A DNA stretch of 64,000 nt from NCBI GenBank assembly GCA_963692865.2, contig OY843592.1, positions 2,624,001 to 2,688,000 of the forward strand. Direction: 5' to 3'. Both the position numbers and the translations under genes were made by a program. Origin of the DNA: a bacterium (GTDB lineage Bacteria > UBA8248). How positions within the stretch are numbered: the stretch's first letter is position 1; every line of letters starts with the position of its first letter. Below the pieces are notes generated by a model. It was given only the letters and a program-made list of their open reading frames with translations. It was not told the DNA's origin and ran no database searches. Of the stretch, positions 30,481-41,285 are shown piece by piece.

Positions 30481-30765
30481 TCAAAAAATCTCAATATCAA
30501 AATCCGCCACAATCACCAAGCCAGTTCCCTCAAGGAAATTCAGGACTTTTCTCAACTGGCTATCTACAAATCGACCGTCATTGCTTACGACACTTACGCC
30601 GATACGACATCTCTGCCATTTGTCCTGAAAATCGACCTCAGCGACAGATACATTAAACCTTTGACGCAGGCGTGCCGTGATCGACTGAACTATCTTACGC
30701 TTTGCTTTGAGCGAACGGCATTCAGGTATCTGAACATCTATTTTCAGAAGACCAACAACAGGCAT
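30481..30765 (-). CDS. DUF503 (YlxP) protein
   Basis: SLKAKR...FNVSVAEVDFQDKWQR; lies between infB and rbfA. Confidence 0.92.
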   Translation of the reverse strand: MPVVGLLKIDVQIPECRSLKAKRKIVQSITARLRQRFNVSVAEVDFQDKWQRCRIGVSVVSNDGRFVDSQLRKVLNFLEGTGLVIVADFDIEIF

Positions 30766-30802
30766 GGGATAAAGATTTCAAAAAAAGTCCGAATAAATCA
30801 AC

Positions 30803-33061
30803 CTAAAGCGTCCGAGATACTTCTTCCGTAATATACGGCTCTATAATATCGCCTTGCTTGATGTCATTATAATTCTCAATTCCAATTCCACACTCATAAC
30901 CAGATTGGACTTCGCTCACATCATCTTTGAACCGTCTCAAAGATGAAATTTTGCCCGTATATATAACCACATTATCCCGGATGAGCCGCACACTCGAGTT
31001 TCTATGGATGTTTCCGTCTGTGACATAACAACCGGCTATCGTTCCTACATTGGGAACATGGAACAGTTCCCGGATCTCCGCGTGCCCACGCACCACTTCC
31101 CGCTCAACGGGTTCAAGTATTCCCTCGAGAGCTGATCTAATTTCATCAATAGCATCATAAATAACAGAATATAATCGAACATCTACTTTTTCATGTTTCG
31201 CTACTTCTCTAGCTCCTGGCGTTGGACGAACATTAAAACCCACGATAACGGCCGCCGAGGCCGCCGCGAGCATTACATCCGTTTCAGTAATGCCACCCAC
31301 CGCACTATGCAGAACCTTCACTCCCGCCTCATCATTCCCTAGCTTGCCCAAGGATTCTTTCAGGGCCTCTATGCTTCCCTGCACGTCTGCCTTTAAGATT
31401 AAGCTCAACTCTTTTGCTTGGCCTTCCTCAACACTTTCCATGAAACTTTCCAAAGAAACACGCGCAGAAGCCATAAGCACCGCCATACGTTCACGTTGTT
31501 GGCGCCTTGCGCTTATTTCTCTCGCCATCTTCTCATCTTCTAAAACCGTAAATGTATCACCAGCCTCAGGAACACCTGCGAATCCCAAAATTTCTACCGG
31601 TGTGGAAGGTCCTGCGACCTTCAATTTACGCCCTTGGTCATCTAATAGCGCGCGAACTTTCCCGCTCCATTTACCGGCCACGAAATTATCGCTCACATTC
31701 AAAGTACCTCGTTGCACCAAAACAGTAGCAACCGGACCGCGCCCCCTATCCAATTTCGCTTCCACGACAACACCACCGGCGAGCCGGCTGGGGTTAGCCT
31801 TCAACTCCATGAGTTCCGCCTGCAGGATGGCAAGGTCTAAAAGATCATCAATTCCGATATTCTCTTTTGCTGAAATTTCAGAATAAACCGTACTTCCCCC
31901 CCAATCTTCCGGAATTAAATCCAATGTCGAGAGTTGTTGTTTTACTCTGTCGGGATTCGCATCGGCCAAATCCATTTTATTCATAGCCACCATAATCGGA
32001 ACTCCGGCGGCTTTTGCATGATCAATCGCCTCTCGAGTCTGGGGCATGACACCTTCATTCGCCGCCACAACGATGATTACCAAATCTGTTACCTGCGCCC
32101 CGCGCGCCCTCATTGCCGTAAAGGCTTCATGTCCCGGGGTGTCCAAAAATACAGCCGTTCCCTTGTCCGTGGTAACTCGATAGGCGCCTATGTGCTGGGT
32201 GATTCCGCCTGCTTCGCCTTCCATCACGTTGGCTTTGCGGATAGCATCGAGAAGTCTCGTTTTGCCATGATCGACATGCCCCATAATTGTTATGACGGGA
32301 GCCCTTGGCTGAAGATCTTCTTCTCTATCCTCTTCTTGAATCAGTATATCTTCAATGTTGTCTTTGGATATCTCGACTTCATAGCCGAAGATTTCGGATA
32401 TCTCGGTAGCCGTGTTGTGATCTATCATTTGATTGATAGTTGTCATCTGGCCTTTTTTCATCAACTCCTTGATTACTTCCGTCGCCTTTACGTTAATTTT
32501 CTCGGCGAGTTCTTTCACCGTTATCGTCTCTGCAATACGCACGCGCCCGCCATGCCGGCGAGGAAGTTTCTCTTTGCCGGTGTCCTGAGCCACTTTGGGA
32601 CTTGGTGATGATGGGGCGACTTTTTCTTTCGGTTGTGAAATCGCTTTATCCGGAACTGTCTGTTTTTTCCCGTCAACCTTGTCTTTTAGCGCATCTGAAT
32701 TTTCCTCAACAAGGGTACCTTCCGGAGTGCCGGAGGCTTGGGCTGCTGTTTCTGGAGTGGGCTGAGAGGCTGCTGTTTCTTCTTTGGATACTACATCTTC
32801 CAGGCCAGGCTCACTTGCTTTTTCCGGCTTTGCAGCTTTTGTCTTTGTTGAAACTTTTTCTTCAGCCTCGCTTGCAGGAACCGCTTTCTTCTCTTGAACC
32901 GCGTCCTGAGAAAAAAGCGCTATCACCAACTCGGCTGTTTCATCATCCACAGTGCTCATATGGCTTTTAACTACGATTCCCTCCCTGGCTAATTCCTCAA
33001 CAAAAGCCCTGCTGTCATATCCAAGATTTTTAGCCAACTGGTATACGCGTACACTCGCCAT
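30803..33061 (-). CDS. infB: Translation initiation factor IF-2
   Basis: [33 protein letters not shown]. Confidence 0.99.
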   Translation of the reverse strand: MASVRVYQLAKNLGYDSRAFVEELAREGIVVKSHMSTVDDETAELVIALFSQDAVQEKKAVPASEAEEKVSTKTKAAKPEKASEPGLEDVVSKEETAASQPTPETAAQASGTPEGTLVEENSDALKDKVDGKKQTVPDKAISQPKEKVAPSSPSPKVAQDTGKEKLPRRHGGRVRIAETITVKELAEKINVKATEVIKELMKKGQMTTINQMIDHNTATEISEIFGYEVEISKDNIEDILIQEEDREEDLQPRAPVITIMGHVDHGKTRLLDAIRKANVMEGEAGGITQHIGAYRVTTDKGTAVFLDTPGHEAFTAMRARGAQVTDLVIIVVAANEGVMPQTREAIDHAKAAGVPIMVAMNKMDLADANPDRVKQQLSTLDLIPEDWGGSTVYSEISAKENIGIDDLLDLAILQAELMELKANPSRLAGGVVVEAKLDRGRGPVATVLVQRGTLNVSDNFVAGKWSGKVRALLDDQGRKLKVAGPSTPVEILGFAGVPEAGDTFTVLEDEKMAREISARRQQRERMAVLMASARVSLESFMESVEEGQAKELSLILKADVQGSIEALKESLGKLGNDEAGVKVLHSAVGGITETDVMLAAASAAVIVGFNVRPTPGAREVAKHEKVDVRLYSVIYDAIDEIRSALEGILEPVEREVVRGHAEIRELFHVPNVGTIAGCYVTDGNIHRNSSVRLIRDNVVIYTGKISSLRRFKDDVSEVQSGYECGIGIENYNDIKQGDIIEPYITEEVSRTL

Positions 33062-33141
33062 ATGACCCTCACTGCAGATTGTTCACATCCACCATTCAAT
33101 CAACGAGAAAATCTGAAATAAACTCCGAAATGCATATTGCC

Positions 33142-33732
33142 TCAACCGTTATGAATTGCTCTTTCCTGCATCAAGCGCAAGCAAATACTATCTACAAGAA
33201 GAGGTTCATCGATATATAACACTCCAATCGGTTTTCGACCTAAAAATTCCCCCAGTTCATTCTTAGCGAAAGGCAGAATATAGAATTCTTCGGTCATACG
33301 TTTCAAGTTCATCAAACCTTTTGATGATATATTATTGGCAACAAACGGTTTCCCCATTTTCGAGAGTTTTATCTTTTTGAAGACCGCCTCTTTTCCAAAG
33401 GTGAGCGCACCCTTTCTTTTAGAAGCGGCCAGCATTCCCATGAGTTTTCGGCCCAGAAGCATTCTCAAATTTGGAATCAACTCATCTGAGTCGATCCTGA
33501 AATTTCTTCCTTTCAGTGCGACTTGCAAGTGATTCGAAGAAACAAGCCTTGAAATGCAATTCATATTAAAACAACAATGAGCGCCTCTTCCCGGCAGCTT
33601 GCTCCCCAACTCGCAAACGATATTCTCCTTCGGGCCGATCACCATTCGAAAAAAGATATTCACATCGCCTTTGTTCCGACAAACTACGCACATTCTATGG
33701 GGCAAAGTATCCAGTCCTTCATCATGTCTCAT
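33142..33732 (-). CDS. YlxR/DUF448 protein fused to an L7Ae-like domain
   Basis: RMCVVCR, LPGRGAH.C; C-terminal GMLAAS.RKG.L..G and ELGEFLGR; synteny. Confidence 0.8.
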   Translation of the reverse strand: MRHDEGLDTLPHRMCVVCRNKGDVNIFFRMVIGPKENIVCELGSKLPGRGAHCCFNMNCISRLVSSNHLQVALKGRNFRIDSDELIPNLRMLLGRKLMGMLAASKRKGALTFGKEAVFKKIKLSKMGKPFVANNISSKGLMNLKRMTEEFYILPFAKNELGEFLGRKPIGVLYIDEPLLVDSICLRLMQERAIHNG

Positions 33733-35071
33733 GAGGCTCCGAGCCGACAGACTTCTCATGCAATTGGGCTGCTTCAATGAGTAGCCCGGCCCGCTTTGGG
33801 CCTATGCCGGGAACCTCGCATAGCTCATCCGTGGATGCCGCGCCGACCGCCGCAATAGTAGAAAAGCCATTGTCCGCCAAAAGCCGCGCCATTTTTTCAC
33901 CAACAAGCTCCAGTTCTACCAGTTCACTGGTAGAGTCCCCATCAGTTTCCGTTGATTGAATACTCTCATCTTGCTCTTCCACACCAGCGGCGTCCTCCGG
34001 ATGCTCATCGCTTGAAAATGCTTGCTCGGCGACGAGGCGTCGATACTCGCCCTCACCTTTCAGATCGATTTTCCAACCTAAAAGTTTAGCCGCTAAGCGA
34101 ACATTTTGGCCGCCTTTTCCAATGGCCAAGGAAAGCTGATCGTCAGGCACCAACACCTCCATTCGGCCTTCATCTTCAAACAAAGTGATATGTTGGATTT
34201 TGGCGGGACTGAGCGCATTTGCCGCATATGTGCGTATATCGTCACTCCAGGAGATGATATCGATCTTCTCCCCCCTGAGTTCTTGAACAATCGACTGCAC
34301 ACGGCTGCCCCGTGTTCCCACGCATGCGCCCACCGGATCGATATCTCGCTCATGACTTACAACAGAAACTTTTGAACGCCCACTAGGCTCACGGACACAA
34401 CCTTTTATGGCCACTACTCCATCGTAAATTTCAGGCACTTCCATCTCAAATAGACGAATCAGCAAGCCAGGATGCGTTCTGCTGAGAACAATTTGAGGCC
34501 CCTTCGTAATTTCACGCACCTCCATAATATAGGCACGGATGCGGTCTCCACGCTTGTAGACCTCTCTGAATATCTGCTCCCGACGAGGAAGGATTGCCTC
34601 TGTACGCCCGATATCTACATAAATATTCCCTCGCTCCACCTGGGAGACAGACCCGGTAATTAAATCGCCTTCACGCTCCTTGAATTCTTCGTAAATGTTC
34701 GCACGCTCCGCCTCTCGTACTCGCTGCAATATCACTTGCTTGGCGATCTGAGCGGCAATTCTGCCCAGTCCTTCAGTTTCCACACCTTGTGAGAGAAAAT
34801 CCCCGACCTGAATATCGGGATTTTCCTTGCGTGCCTCATCTAAAAGGATTTCACTCTGGGGGTTCTGGATAATCCTGACGACTTCTTTCGCCGCTTTGAC
34901 GTCAATTTCACCGGTTTGTTCATCAAACGATACATCCACGTTTTTGCCCAAGCCGTATTGCTTCTTCGCGGCTGACGCCATGGCGACTTTCAGGGTATCG
35001 AGAAGAAAATCTTTGGAGACACCTCGCTCGCGCTCCAATTGTGTTAGGACCGCAATCAATTCTTGACTCAC
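33722..35071 (-). CDS. nusA: Transcription termination factor NusA
   Basis: GRIAAQIAKQ, LSRTHP, DPVGACVG, LSLAIGKGGQNVRLA. Confidence 0.99.
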   Translation of the reverse strand: MSQELIAVLTQLERERGVSKDFLLDTLKVAMASAAKKQYGLGKNVDVSFDEQTGEIDVKAAKEVVRIIQNPQSEILLDEARKENPDIQVGDFLSQGVETEGLGRIAAQIAKQVILQRVREAERANIYEEFKEREGDLITGSVSQVERGNIYVDIGRTEAILPRREQIFREVYKRGDRIRAYIMEVREITKGPQIVLSRTHPGLLIRLFEMEVPEIYDGVVAIKGCVREPSGRSKVSVVSHERDIDPVGACVGTRGSRVQSIVQELRGEKIDIISWSDDIRTYAANALSPAKIQHITLFEDEGRMEVLVPDDQLSLAIGKGGQNVRLAAKLLGWKIDLKGEGEYRRLVAEQAFSSDEHPEDAAGVEEQDESIQSTETDGDSTSELVELELVGEKMARLLADNGFSTIAAVGAASTDELCEVPGIGPKRAGLLIEAAQLHEKSVGSEPHET

Positions 35072-35103
35072 AAACTACTCCTCCATGATGGATTGAGTTG
35101 ACT

Positions 35104-35601
35104 TTACTCCGAATTCCCTGAACTTAGAAATTCCGCACCCCAATCCACATCCAAGCTCGCTTTTGCGATATCGGCCAGCGGAAATGAAACTTTCTCCTCA
35201 TTCTCTAACAGCACACGGATATTGCTTCCATCAATCTCGATTAGTTGCCCGACAATTCCCCTCTTCCGCCTTTGCATCCCTTTAAGACGTATGCGCACTC
35301 GATGCCCGACATAGCGTTCAAAGTCTTGGATTTTTCGCAAAGATCTCTCAATCCCGGGGCTTGATATTTCAAGGCGATAAGAATTTTCAATGGCGTCCTT
35401 TTGGTCGAGACGTTCTCCGAGTTCTCGACTGACGGCTACGCAATCAGAAATAAAAATACCTCCTGGCTTTTCAATATATACCCGAATTACCTGTCGGCTA
35501 CGGCTACCGGTCAGTTCAACATCAATCAATTCAAACCCAAGCTCGGAAACTACTTCCTGGGCGATAGTCCATATTCGACCACCAACGTCAATTATCACCA
35601 T
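35104..35601 (-). CDS. rimP: Ribosome maturation factor RimP
   Basis: YIEKPGG...DC..VS, YRLEISSPGIER. Confidence 0.95.
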   Translation of the reverse strand: MVIIDVGGRIWTIAQEVVSELGFELIDVELTGSRSRQVIRVYIEKPGGIFISDCVAVSRELGERLDQKDAIENSYRLEISSPGIERSLRKIQDFERYVGHRVRIRLKGMQRRKRGIVGQLIEIDGSNIRVLLENEEKVSFPLADIAKASLDVDWGAEFLSSGNSE

Positions 35602-35619
35602 AACCCTGTTCCGAGAGCG

Positions 35620-35651
35620 AATAAAAAAATGGGCCATCAATTGACCCACTT
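35620..35651 (-). promoter_or_regulatory. rimP leader terminator-like hairpin
   Basis: AAGTGGG-tcaattgatgg-CCCATTTTTTT immediately upstream of rimP, as in the conserved rimP leader. Confidence 0.7.
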
Positions 35652-35914
35652 ACTCGACAGCCAAGATCATCGATACTTTAATCGCCATGCGAGTAAAGCG
35701 CAAGTGCAATAGCTTCTTCGTACAACATGAAGCATTATTGCCCGAAGAAATGCGGCGTGTTAAATTCTGCCGAATTAGGGTGATAGAATATCTTGAAACC
35801 AAACGAGCGGTGAATCCGTTTTGCGTTTTCCTCGAAGAAGCGCCAAGGGCTTCCTTGCCCGATGATGAAGACGCCTCCTGGGTGGAGCGCAATCATCAGC
35901 GAAGAGGCAACTCC

Positions 35915-36898
35915 ATGATTCGGTTGACGAAAGTAAAGGCCCTGTGGATTTACGAAACGATGGTCCGCATTCGAAAGTTCGAGGAGCGCTCCATCGAGTT
36001 GTTTCAGGCAGGAGAATTGCCAGGCTTTCTTCACGCCTATATCGGCGAGGAAGCCGTCGCCGCCGGTGTTTGCGCTCACTTGACCCCGAAAGACCAAATC
36101 ACCTCTACACACCGCGGGCACGGCCATATGATCGCAAAGGGACTTCAATACGAAGGCATGTTCGCCGAGTTGTACGCTCGGGCGACCGGCTACTGCAAGG
36201 GAAAAGGCGGCTCCATGCACATCGCTGACCAGGATTTGGGTGCTCTGGGGGCGAATGGCATTGTGGGAGGGGGTATCCCTATTGCCGCCGGCGCCGCTCT
36301 GGGGCTTCTACTCAAGGGGGAAAAACACGTCGCCGTAAGTTTTTTCGGCGACGGGGCCAGCAATGAAGGCGCTTTCCATGAGGGCATCAACATCGCCGCC
36401 ACCTGGAAGCTGCCTGCCGTATTCGTCTGCGAGAACAACGGATTCGCCGAAAGCACGCCTCGCGCTACTCATCAGGCGGTTCAGGACATCGCAGATCGGG
36501 CCAAAGCCTACGGCATGCCCGGAATCGTTGTCGATGGCATGGACCCTCAGGCCGTATACGAAGTGGCCGGTGAAGCGATTGCGCGCGCCCGCGAAGGGCG
36601 TGGACCTTCGCTGCTCGAAGCGAAAACAATGCGCTTTCTGGGCCATTACGTGGGTGACCCCGGCACCGCTTACGGGCACGACAAAGAGGTGGGGAAATGG
36701 CTCAAGCGCGACCCGCTCATCACGTTCGCCGAAACACTCAAGAAGAAAAAATGGTTGAACAAAAAAAGCATCGACGCCATCCTTGCGAACGTGAACAAAG
36801 AGATGGAAGAGGCTATCGAATTCGCCCGGAAAAGCCCGGAACCCGAGATTGACGACGCCATGGCCGATATTTACGCGCCCGCCCAGGGAAAAGGATGA
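35915..36898 (+). CDS. Pyruvate/acetoin dehydrogenase E1 alpha subunit
   Basis: HAYIGEEA, STHRGHGH, GGSMH, GDGA...ENN. Confidence 0.93.
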   Translation: MIRLTKVKALWIYETMVRIRKFEERSIELFQAGELPGFLHAYIGEEAVAAGVCAHLTPKDQITSTHRGHGHMIAKGLQYEGMFAELYARATGYCKGKGGSMHIADQDLGALGANGIVGGGIPIAAGAALGLLLKGEKHVAVSFFGDGASNEGAFHEGINIAATWKLPAVFVCENNGFAESTPRATHQAVQDIADRAKAYGMPGIVVDGMDPQAVYEVAGEAIARAREGRGPSLLEAKTMRFLGHYVGDPGTAYGHDKEVGKWLKRDPLITFAETLKKKKWLNKKSIDAILANVNKEMEEAIEFARKSPEPEIDDAMADIYAPAQGKG

Positions 36899-37878
36899 TG
36901 CGCGAGATTTTATACAGAGAAGCCATCGTCGAGGCCCTGGATGAGGAAATGGCGAGAGATGGTTCCGTCTTTCTGCTCGGAGAGGACATCGCGGAGTTCG
37001 GCGGCTCATACAAGACGACCGTGGGGCTTTTGGAGAAATACGGCGCCGAGCGGGTGAGGAACACGCCCATTTCCGAGCAGGGAATCATCGGCGCGGCCCT
37101 TGGGGCGGCGCTCGTGGGCATGCGGCCCGTAGCGGAGTTGATGTATATCGATTTTTCCGCCGTCGCCATGGATCAAATCGTCAACCAGGTCGCCAAGGTA
37201 CGCTATATGTTCGGCGGCAAGGCGAATACCTCGCTCGTCATCAGAACCCAGGGCGGCGCGGGACGCAGTTCCGCCGCGCAGCACGCGCAAAGCCTGGAAG
37301 CCTGGTTTGTTCACGTACCGGGCCTCAAGGTGGTCATGCCCTCCACCGCGCGTGACGCAAAAGGCCTTCTGAAGGCGGCGGTCAGGGATGATGACCCGGT
37401 ATTTTTCATCGAACACAAACTCCTTTATCTGGAAAGAGGCGCTGTCCCCGAGGAGGAGGAGATCATCCCCATAGGCGTCGCCGAGGTGAAAAGGGAGGGA
37501 AGCGACTTTACCATCGTTGCTACCTCCTCGATGGTCGGCAAATCGCTCGCTGCAGCGGAGGAACTCGAAAAAGAGGGCATAAGCTGCGAGGTCATCGACC
37601 CCAGAACGCTTTTCCCGCTGGACACGGAGACGATTCTCGCCTCGGTACGCAAGACGGGCCGGCTCCTCATCACCCATGAGGCGGTGCAACGTTGCGGCTG
37701 GGGAGCCGAAATCGCCGCCTTGGCCGCCAGGGAAGCTTTCGATTACCTCGACGCGCCCATCGAGCGCGTCTGCGGCAAGGAAACGCCGGTGCCTTTTTCG
37801 CCCAAACTCGAATCCTACGTCATCCCCGACAAAGATGACGTAATCGCCGGTGTCCGTGGTATGTTGGAGACGGTATAA
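36895..37878 (+). CDS. Pyruvate/acetoin dehydrogenase E1 beta subunit
   Basis: LGEDI, NTPISE, AAQHAQ, IDPRTL. Confidence 0.93.
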   Translation: MMREILYREAIVEALDEEMARDGSVFLLGEDIAEFGGSYKTTVGLLEKYGAERVRNTPISEQGIIGAALGAALVGMRPVAELMYIDFSAVAMDQIVNQVAKVRYMFGGKANTSLVIRTQGGAGRSSAAQHAQSLEAWFVHVPGLKVVMPSTARDAKGLLKAAVRDDDPVFFIEHKLLYLERGAVPEEEEIIPIGVAEVKREGSDFTIVATSSMVGKSLAAAEELEKEGISCEVIDPRTLFPLDTETILASVRKTGRLLITHEAVQRCGWGAEIAALAAREAFDYLDAPIERVCGKETPVPFSPKLESYVIPDKDDVIAGVRGMLETV

Positions 37879-37916
37879 TTCCCGAACACATTCATTCATT
37901 AGGAGCGTAAATATTC

Positions 37917-39161
37917 ATGGCCACTCCTCTCCCGATGCCGAAGCTCGGCCTCACCATGGAAGAAGGCACCATCCTCAAATGGCGCAAGGACGAGGGTGAA
38001 GCGGTCGAAAAGGGCGAGATTATTCTCGACATCCAGACCGATAAAGTCGAATACGAGGTCGAATCGCCGGACGGCGGCCTGCTTCTCAAAACTTTGGCGG
38101 GAGAAGGCGACGTCGTTCCCTGCGGCACGGACATCGCCGTCATCGGCGAGGCGGGAGAGGACATCGGCGGTTTTGGAAGTGCTCCCCCCAGCGCCCCGGC
38201 GGAGGCGGAACCAGAGGCGGCGCCGGTTCCCGCGCAAGCTTCCCCGACGCCTCCCCCTGCGCCCACGGCTCCAGTCCAGACTCAGCCTTCGCCTACGGGC
38301 CGCGTTTTCGCCAGCCCGGCGGCAAGGCGCGTGGCGCGAGAGCTGGGCATCGATTACCGCACGCTCAAAGGCTCGGGCCCCGGCGGAAGAATCGTTCAGG
38401 CCGACGTGAGGGCAGCGAAGGCATCGGGCCTTCCCGCCGCGTCGGCGGCAGCCCCAAGCGGCCCCGCGGCCGTGGCGGGTTCCACGCCCCTGGCCGGTAT
38501 GCGGAAAATCATCGCCGAGCGTATGCTCGCAAGCTGGTCGCAGGTGCCGCGCATCACCATGCAGGCCGAGGTGGACCTCACCAACCTCCTCGCCGTGCGC
38601 GAGGCCAGCCGCCAGGCATGGGAGAACGACCTCGGCGTCAAGGTGTCCATCAACGATCTCATCCTCTTCTACACGGCCCGCGCCGTACGCCGCTGCCCGG
38701 CCGTGAACGTCCGCCTCGCCGAAAACGCCCTGGAGCAGATGCGGGACGTGAACATCGGAGTAGCCGTCGCCGTCGAGCAAGGCTTGATGGTGCCCGTCAT
38801 CCGGGGCGCCGACCAGAAATCCATCGACGCCATCTCGCGCGAGTCGCGAGCGCTGGCCGAGGCGGCCAGAGCGGGCGCGCTGGGACTCGATGCGCTCGAG
38901 GGCGGCACCTTCACGGTCTCGAATCTCGGGGCGTACGGAGTCGACCATTTCAGCGCCGTCATCAACCACCCCGAATCCGCCATCCTCTCGGTGGGGGCGG
39001 CGCGCGAGCGCGCCGTCGTGCGAAACGGCGAGATCGCGGCCCGGACGACGGCCTATGTCGGCATCAACGCCGACCACCGCCTGGTCGACGGCGCGCCGGC
39101 GGCCGAATTCCTCAGTACGCTCAAGGAGATGCTCGAGCACCCCAAGGTGATGCCCGCGTAA
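37917..39161 (+). CDS. Dihydrolipoamide acyltransferase E2
   Basis: Lipoyl TDKV, ASPAARR E3-binding domain, DHRLVDG. Confidence 0.94.
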   Translation: MATPLPMPKLGLTMEEGTILKWRKDEGEAVEKGEIILDIQTDKVEYEVESPDGGLLLKTLAGEGDVVPCGTDIAVIGEAGEDIGGFGSAPPSAPAEAEPEAAPVPAQASPTPPPAPTAPVQTQPSPTGRVFASPAARRVARELGIDYRTLKGSGPGGRIVQADVRAAKASGLPAASAAAPSGPAAVAGSTPLAGMRKIIAERMLASWSQVPRITMQAEVDLTNLLAVREASRQAWENDLGVKVSINDLILFYTARAVRRCPAVNVRLAENALEQMRDVNIGVAVAVEQGLMVPVIRGADQKSIDAISRESRALAEAARAGALGLDALEGGTFTVSNLGAYGVDHFSAVINHPESAILSVGAARERAVVRNGEIAARTTAYVGINADHRLVDGAPAAEFLSTLKEMLEHPKVMPA

Positions 39162-39177
39162 CGAGAAACCCATTCAG

Positions 39178-39190
39178 TATCAATACTTTA
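39178..39190 (+). promoter_or_regulatory. IHF-consensus site at the start of an AT-rich tract (39170-39290)
   Basis: TATCAATACTTTA matches WATCAANNNNTTR. Confidence 0.45.
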
Positions 39191-39450
39191 CAACTTTTTA
39201 TTCAACTGTTTTATCTTGTGATTTATTTTCCGAAAAACATCGTGAATTTATCTTATTTTATCAGTTTTTTCAGGTTATTTATTGAAATGCCTCTCCGGTT
39301 TTCCGGCAGGGTTCGGAGAGGGTTCGCCCGTGCGGAAACGGCGCCCGGGAACGCGGCCGATCCGACCGGGCGCGCGCCCTGGAGTCGAAAACCCCGCATC
39401 GCCGGATCGACGCCGATGACGTGAACCTGCGCCATGAGCCCTCCTCCTTC

Positions 39451-39612
39451 GGGGTTGTTGAAAAAACCCTCTCCGCCGCATCCTGAGCAGCGGCGAAGCC
39501 GCGTATCGAAGGTCAATCGCAACCGATGCGGGAGCGATTGCCTCTCACCCCGGCGCGAGGCGCTCGATTCCCCTCGCCCCTTCGACAGGCTCAGGACAGG
39601 CCCCTTCGACAC
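39451..39612. repeat. Left TIR plus CTGAG-family REP doublet
   Basis: Near copy of 414-545. Confidence 0.8.
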
Positions 39613-39849
39613 GCCGTCTCGTCGCAGCGTGATGCCGCCGGGAGGGGCGTCCGCCCCACCGGCCTCTCGCTCAAGAAGCCGCGCATATCCTGTCCCGGCC
39701 CGAAAATCCCCGCCAACCGCAAATGCGGGAAAATGCGCGCCGCGCCCGGAATCGTGAGGGAGGGCGCGTAAACGGACAGGCGTCCCGGCGGGGTTCGCGC
39801 CGGAGGCCTCCCCGGCAATCCGGCTCGCGCGGCCCCTGCGTTTTCTCCC

Positions 39850-39970
39850 GCGCTCCGCTTCGTTCAAGAGCCGGCGACGGCGTCACGCGTTCTCGGGGCG
39901 CTCTGGCGCTCCGGATGCAGATCCCGTGGTCGAAATTCCTGCCGGAAAAATTTTTTCTCGTCGATGTCAT
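39850..39970 (-). pseudogene. Decayed 5' remnant of a zur duplicate
   Basis: MTSTRKNFSGRNFDHGICIRSA aligns with the Zur N-terminus MASREKHFLRRDHDHVACIESA; same position relative to AATTCCTTGACGG and znuA. Confidence 0.75.
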
Positions 39971-39980
39971 CCTGAATTCC

Positions 39981-40013
39981 TTGACGGACCGAATTGTTAT
40001 GTTATAACATTAC
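39981..40013 (+). promoter_or_regulatory. znuA1 promoter with Zur box
   Basis: TTGACG -35; palindrome GTTATGTTATAACATTAC. Confidence 0.75.
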
Positions 40014-40059
40014 ATTTAACAGCTTCGCCATCCCATTTCACGCCGAAAGGAAAGTATTC

Positions 40060-41172
40060 ATGAAAAGGACCTTATCAATGAAATATGTGTTGCTCACTGC
40101 GGCTCTGACGATGGCGCTCCTCGCGCGCCTGACCGCCCCCGCATCGGCCGCGCCCCCGGTGGTGGTCTCCATCAAACCGCTTCATTCGCTGGTCTCAGGC
40201 GTCATGAAGGGGGTCGGCGAACCCCATCTGCTGATAAAAGGCGCCGCCTCGCCGCATACGTTTTCACTCAAACCCTCCGATGCCGGCGTCCTCGAGAGGG
40301 CGCGCGTGATTTTCTGGGTGGGCGAGGCGCTCGCCCCGAGCCTCGATCGGCCCATCGAAGTTCTGCCGAAACGGGCGAAGGTCGTCGCCATGACGGAGAT
40401 AAAGGGTCTGAAGCTGTTGAAGATCAGAGAAGGCGGTTTGTGGGAAGCGCACGACGACCACGGCGAGAAGGGAAAAGGCGGCCACCATGACGAACACGGG
40501 CACGGCAAGGCCAAAGACGCCGATCATCACGACGAGCATAAACACGCCAAGGGAAAAGACGAGCGCCACGACGAGCATAAACACGAGAAAGCCAAAGACG
40601 ACCATCACGATGAGAAGGCCGGCGCTCATCACGGGGAGCATCATCATCACAGCGATATCGACGCGCACGCCTGGCTCGACCCCGTGTACGCCAAGAAGTG
40701 GGTGCATGAGATCACGCATGAGCTCGAAGAGGTGGATCCTGCGAACAGGAAAAAATACGAGGCGAACGAAAAGAGGCTTATGGCTCGATTGGACGCCCTG
40801 CACGAGGAATTGAAAAGCACGCTCGCGCCGCTGAAAGGCGCGCCCTACGTCGTCTTTCACGATGCGTATCAATACTTTGAGAAACGCTACGGACTGAACG
40901 CCATCGGTTCGGTGACCTTCTCGCCCGAGAAAAAGCCGGGCGCGGCGCGCCTCGTGGCGATACGCAAGAAGATCAGGGACACGAAGGCGGCCTGCGTGTT
41001 CAGCGAGCCGCAGTTCCAGCCCAAGCTGGTGAAGGTCGTCATGGAGGGAACGGGCGCCGAAACCGGCGTGCTCGACCCCCTGGGCGCGGATATTCCCGCC
41101 GGTGAGGACGCGTATTTCACCCTCCTGCGCAACATGGCGAAATCGCTCAGGACATGCCTTTCGGGAGAATAA
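40060..41172 (+). CDS. znuA: Zinc ABC transporter substrate-binding protein (copy 1)
   Basis: SIKPLHSL, ASPH.FSLKPS, His-rich loop, HAWLDP, FHDAYQYFE, FSEPQF. Confidence 0.95.
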   Translation: MKRTLSMKYVLLTAALTMALLARLTAPASAAPPVVVSIKPLHSLVSGVMKGVGEPHLLIKGAASPHTFSLKPSDAGVLERARVIFWVGEALAPSLDRPIEVLPKRAKVVAMTEIKGLKLLKIREGGLWEAHDDHGEKGKGGHHDEHGHGKAKDADHHDEHKHAKGKDERHDEHKHEKAKDDHHDEKAGAHHGEHHHHSDIDAHAWLDPVYAKKWVHEITHELEEVDPANRKKYEANEKRLMARLDALHEELKSTLAPLKGAPYVVFHDAYQYFEKRYGLNAIGSVTFSPEKKPGAARLVAIRKKIRDTKAACVFSEPQFQPKLVKVVMEGTGAETGVLDPLGADIPAGEDAYFTLLRNMAKSLRTCLSGE

Positions 41173-41285
41173 TCCCGGCGCCGCTTCCTGGGGAAATGAA
41201 CCGGCCCGCCCTGTTCCCCCGCATATCCCCAGGAGCCGCCCGCATTTTCGCAGCGGCGAATGGAACCGAAGGGGGGCGATAGTTC

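Noticed and set aside
35915-39161. Missing E3 (lpdA) as an anomaly
   Set aside because: E3 is commonly encoded elsewhere and shared between complexes
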